Of a stretch of 27,137 nucleotides of DNA, positions 26,192 to 27,137 are shown one piece after another. The translations under genes and the position numbers were made by a program. Source of the DNA: Candidatus Nanoanaerosalina archaeon (GTDB lineage: Archaea; Nanohalarchaeota; Nanosalinia; Nanosalinales; Nanoanaerosalinaceae); assembly GCA_022729285.1 (NCBI GenBank), contig JALDAI010000001.1:1-27137 (forward strand), read 5' to 3'. A model generated the notes under the pieces. It searched no databases, was not told where the DNA came from, and worked only from the letters and a program-made list of their open reading frames with translations. Within the stretch, counting starts at the first letter, position 1. The number at the start of each line of letters is the position of its first letter.

Positions 26192-26824
26192 CTACTCGTC
26201 TAAACTACTGTTAAGCTCATGTACTTGAGCTTTTAGCTTTGTCATCAAGTCTTCTGTAACTTTCATAGAGTCTTCAAGAGAGTCCTTCTCCTCTTCTAAC
26301 TGCTCAATCTTTCTCTTTCTAGACTGTGCTTTTGCAGCTAGTTCAGCTTTCTCATCCTTTATATCCTCTAACTCATCGTTAAGATCTTCGATAAACTCCT
26401 CCTTTTCCTTAACCTGTTCCTTAAGTTCTTTTCTAGATTCTTTAAGCGACTCAACTTCTTTTTCCAGATCTTTCATCCCTCCGTCCAGAACATCGGTTCT
26501 TTCCTCCATTATTTTCTCCAGTCTTTCCTCGGATACCTCGAATTCCAGGGCGTTCATCTCACCCTTAAAACTTTCGATGTCCTGCCTTAACTCCAAGAAC
26601 TCTTCCTTCATAAGTTCAAGGTCTCCTATCTTGTTCCTGTTAACCCTTGACCTTGATTCAAGCGTCCTTAAATGATTGTCAACATCATTTATAGAGCCTT
26701 TGAAGTTCTCAATCTTCTTTTCAAGCTCTTCTACCTTCATGGACATGTCTTCCAGTTCCTCTTTTTTTCCAGAGTATATTCCTTCCATTTCCTCCATGAC
26801 GCTTTCGGATTCTGCTTCGGACAT
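26192..26824 (-). CDS. Coiled-coil protein (210 aa), paralog of 22732-24321
   Basis: Heptad pattern and SRSRVNRNKIGDLE at 26615-26656. GGGG purine run upstream of the ATG. Confidence 0.8.
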   Translation of the reverse strand: MSEAESESVMEEMEGIYSGKKEELEDMSMKVEELEKKIENFKGSINDVDNHLRTLESRSRVNRNKIGDLELMKEEFLELRQDIESFKGEMNALEFEVSEERLEKIMEERTDVLDGGMKDLEKEVESLKESRKELKEQVKEKEEFIEDLNDELEDIKDEKAELAAKAQSRKRKIEQLEEEKDSLEDSMKVTEDLMTKLKAQVHELNSSLDE

Positions 26825-27063
26825 TTTTTTGGTTTCCCCTCTTTTTTTATTGAATCGATTTTATTTTTTATGCGAAAAAACGTTTTTCCGCCCTAACTTG
26901 TTCTAGAGACGGTCTATTACAATGATTAATTCTTGAAGGTAGCTTAAATAATTAAAACAGCCAGAGACATCTTTTTCACCATCAAGTAATCAAAAACCGT
27001 GTTTTTTCCCTTGCACCACAAAAAAAGTTACTGTTTTAAAAAAAGCTGTTTATTTTTAATTAC

Positions 27064-27137
27064 ATGATACTGTCGGACAGAGAGATCAAAAAGATCATTG
27101 AGGAAAAAGGCGTCGTTGCAGTTGACGGCTCGAAACC
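27064..27137 (+). CDS. dcd: dCTP deaminase copy 2, 5' fragment (runs off the window)
   Basis: Hand translation MILSDREIKKIIEEKGVVAVDGSK. The first 10 aa are identical to dcd at 24487, with different synonymous codons. Only 24 full codons are visible. Confidence 0.75.
   Translation, partial: MILSDREIKKIIEEKGVVAVDGSK

Noticed and set aside
203-26906. Many short ORFs in the track (e.g. 203-475, 788-1015, 5573-5761, 8815-9486, 13341-13838, 23093-23632, 23852-24283, 26676-26906)
   Set aside because: They lie antisense or out of frame over well-supported genes, and their S/F/L-rich composition is the shadow of E/K-rich coding on the other strand.
24487-27137. Second dcd as an assembly artefact
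   Set aside because: The two 5' ends differ at multiple synonymous and non-synonymous sites, and the flanking genes differ in length and sequence.
1-27137. CRISPR array, rRNA, transposase or IS ends
   Set aside because: No regularly spaced repeats, rRNA-like sequence, transposase motifs or terminal inverted repeats were seen.

Overview
Archaeal chromosome segment, roughly 38% GC by eye. Acidic Glu-rich proteins, GGTGA/GGAG ribosome-binding sites, TTTTATAC-type TATA boxes and a tRNA-Ile(UAU) suggest a halophilic DPANN lineage (Nanohaloarchaeota/Aenigmarchaeota-like; this is inference). Bases 1-19.8 kb are dominated by type IV pilus genes: two secretion ATPases, three TadC/T2SSF platform proteins, one A24 prepilin peptidase and ten class III signal-peptide proteins. 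These include two pilins sharing a DNA-identical 68-nt H-domain and an 889-aa vWA adhesin-like pilin. A thermosome gene and a tRNA-Ile(UAU) with a 93-nt BHB intron sit between the pilus blocks. Next come a SPOUT methyltransferase and a tight five-gene membrane/DUF192 operon. The most unexpected feature is at the right end: an apparently duplicated head-to-head module, each copy pairing a coiled-coil gene with a dCTP deaminase. The coiled-coil proteins share the motif SRSRVNRNKI[SG]DLE. The second deaminase starts at 27064, runs off the window and is absent from the ORF track. No database searches were run; family calls rest on recognised motifs.
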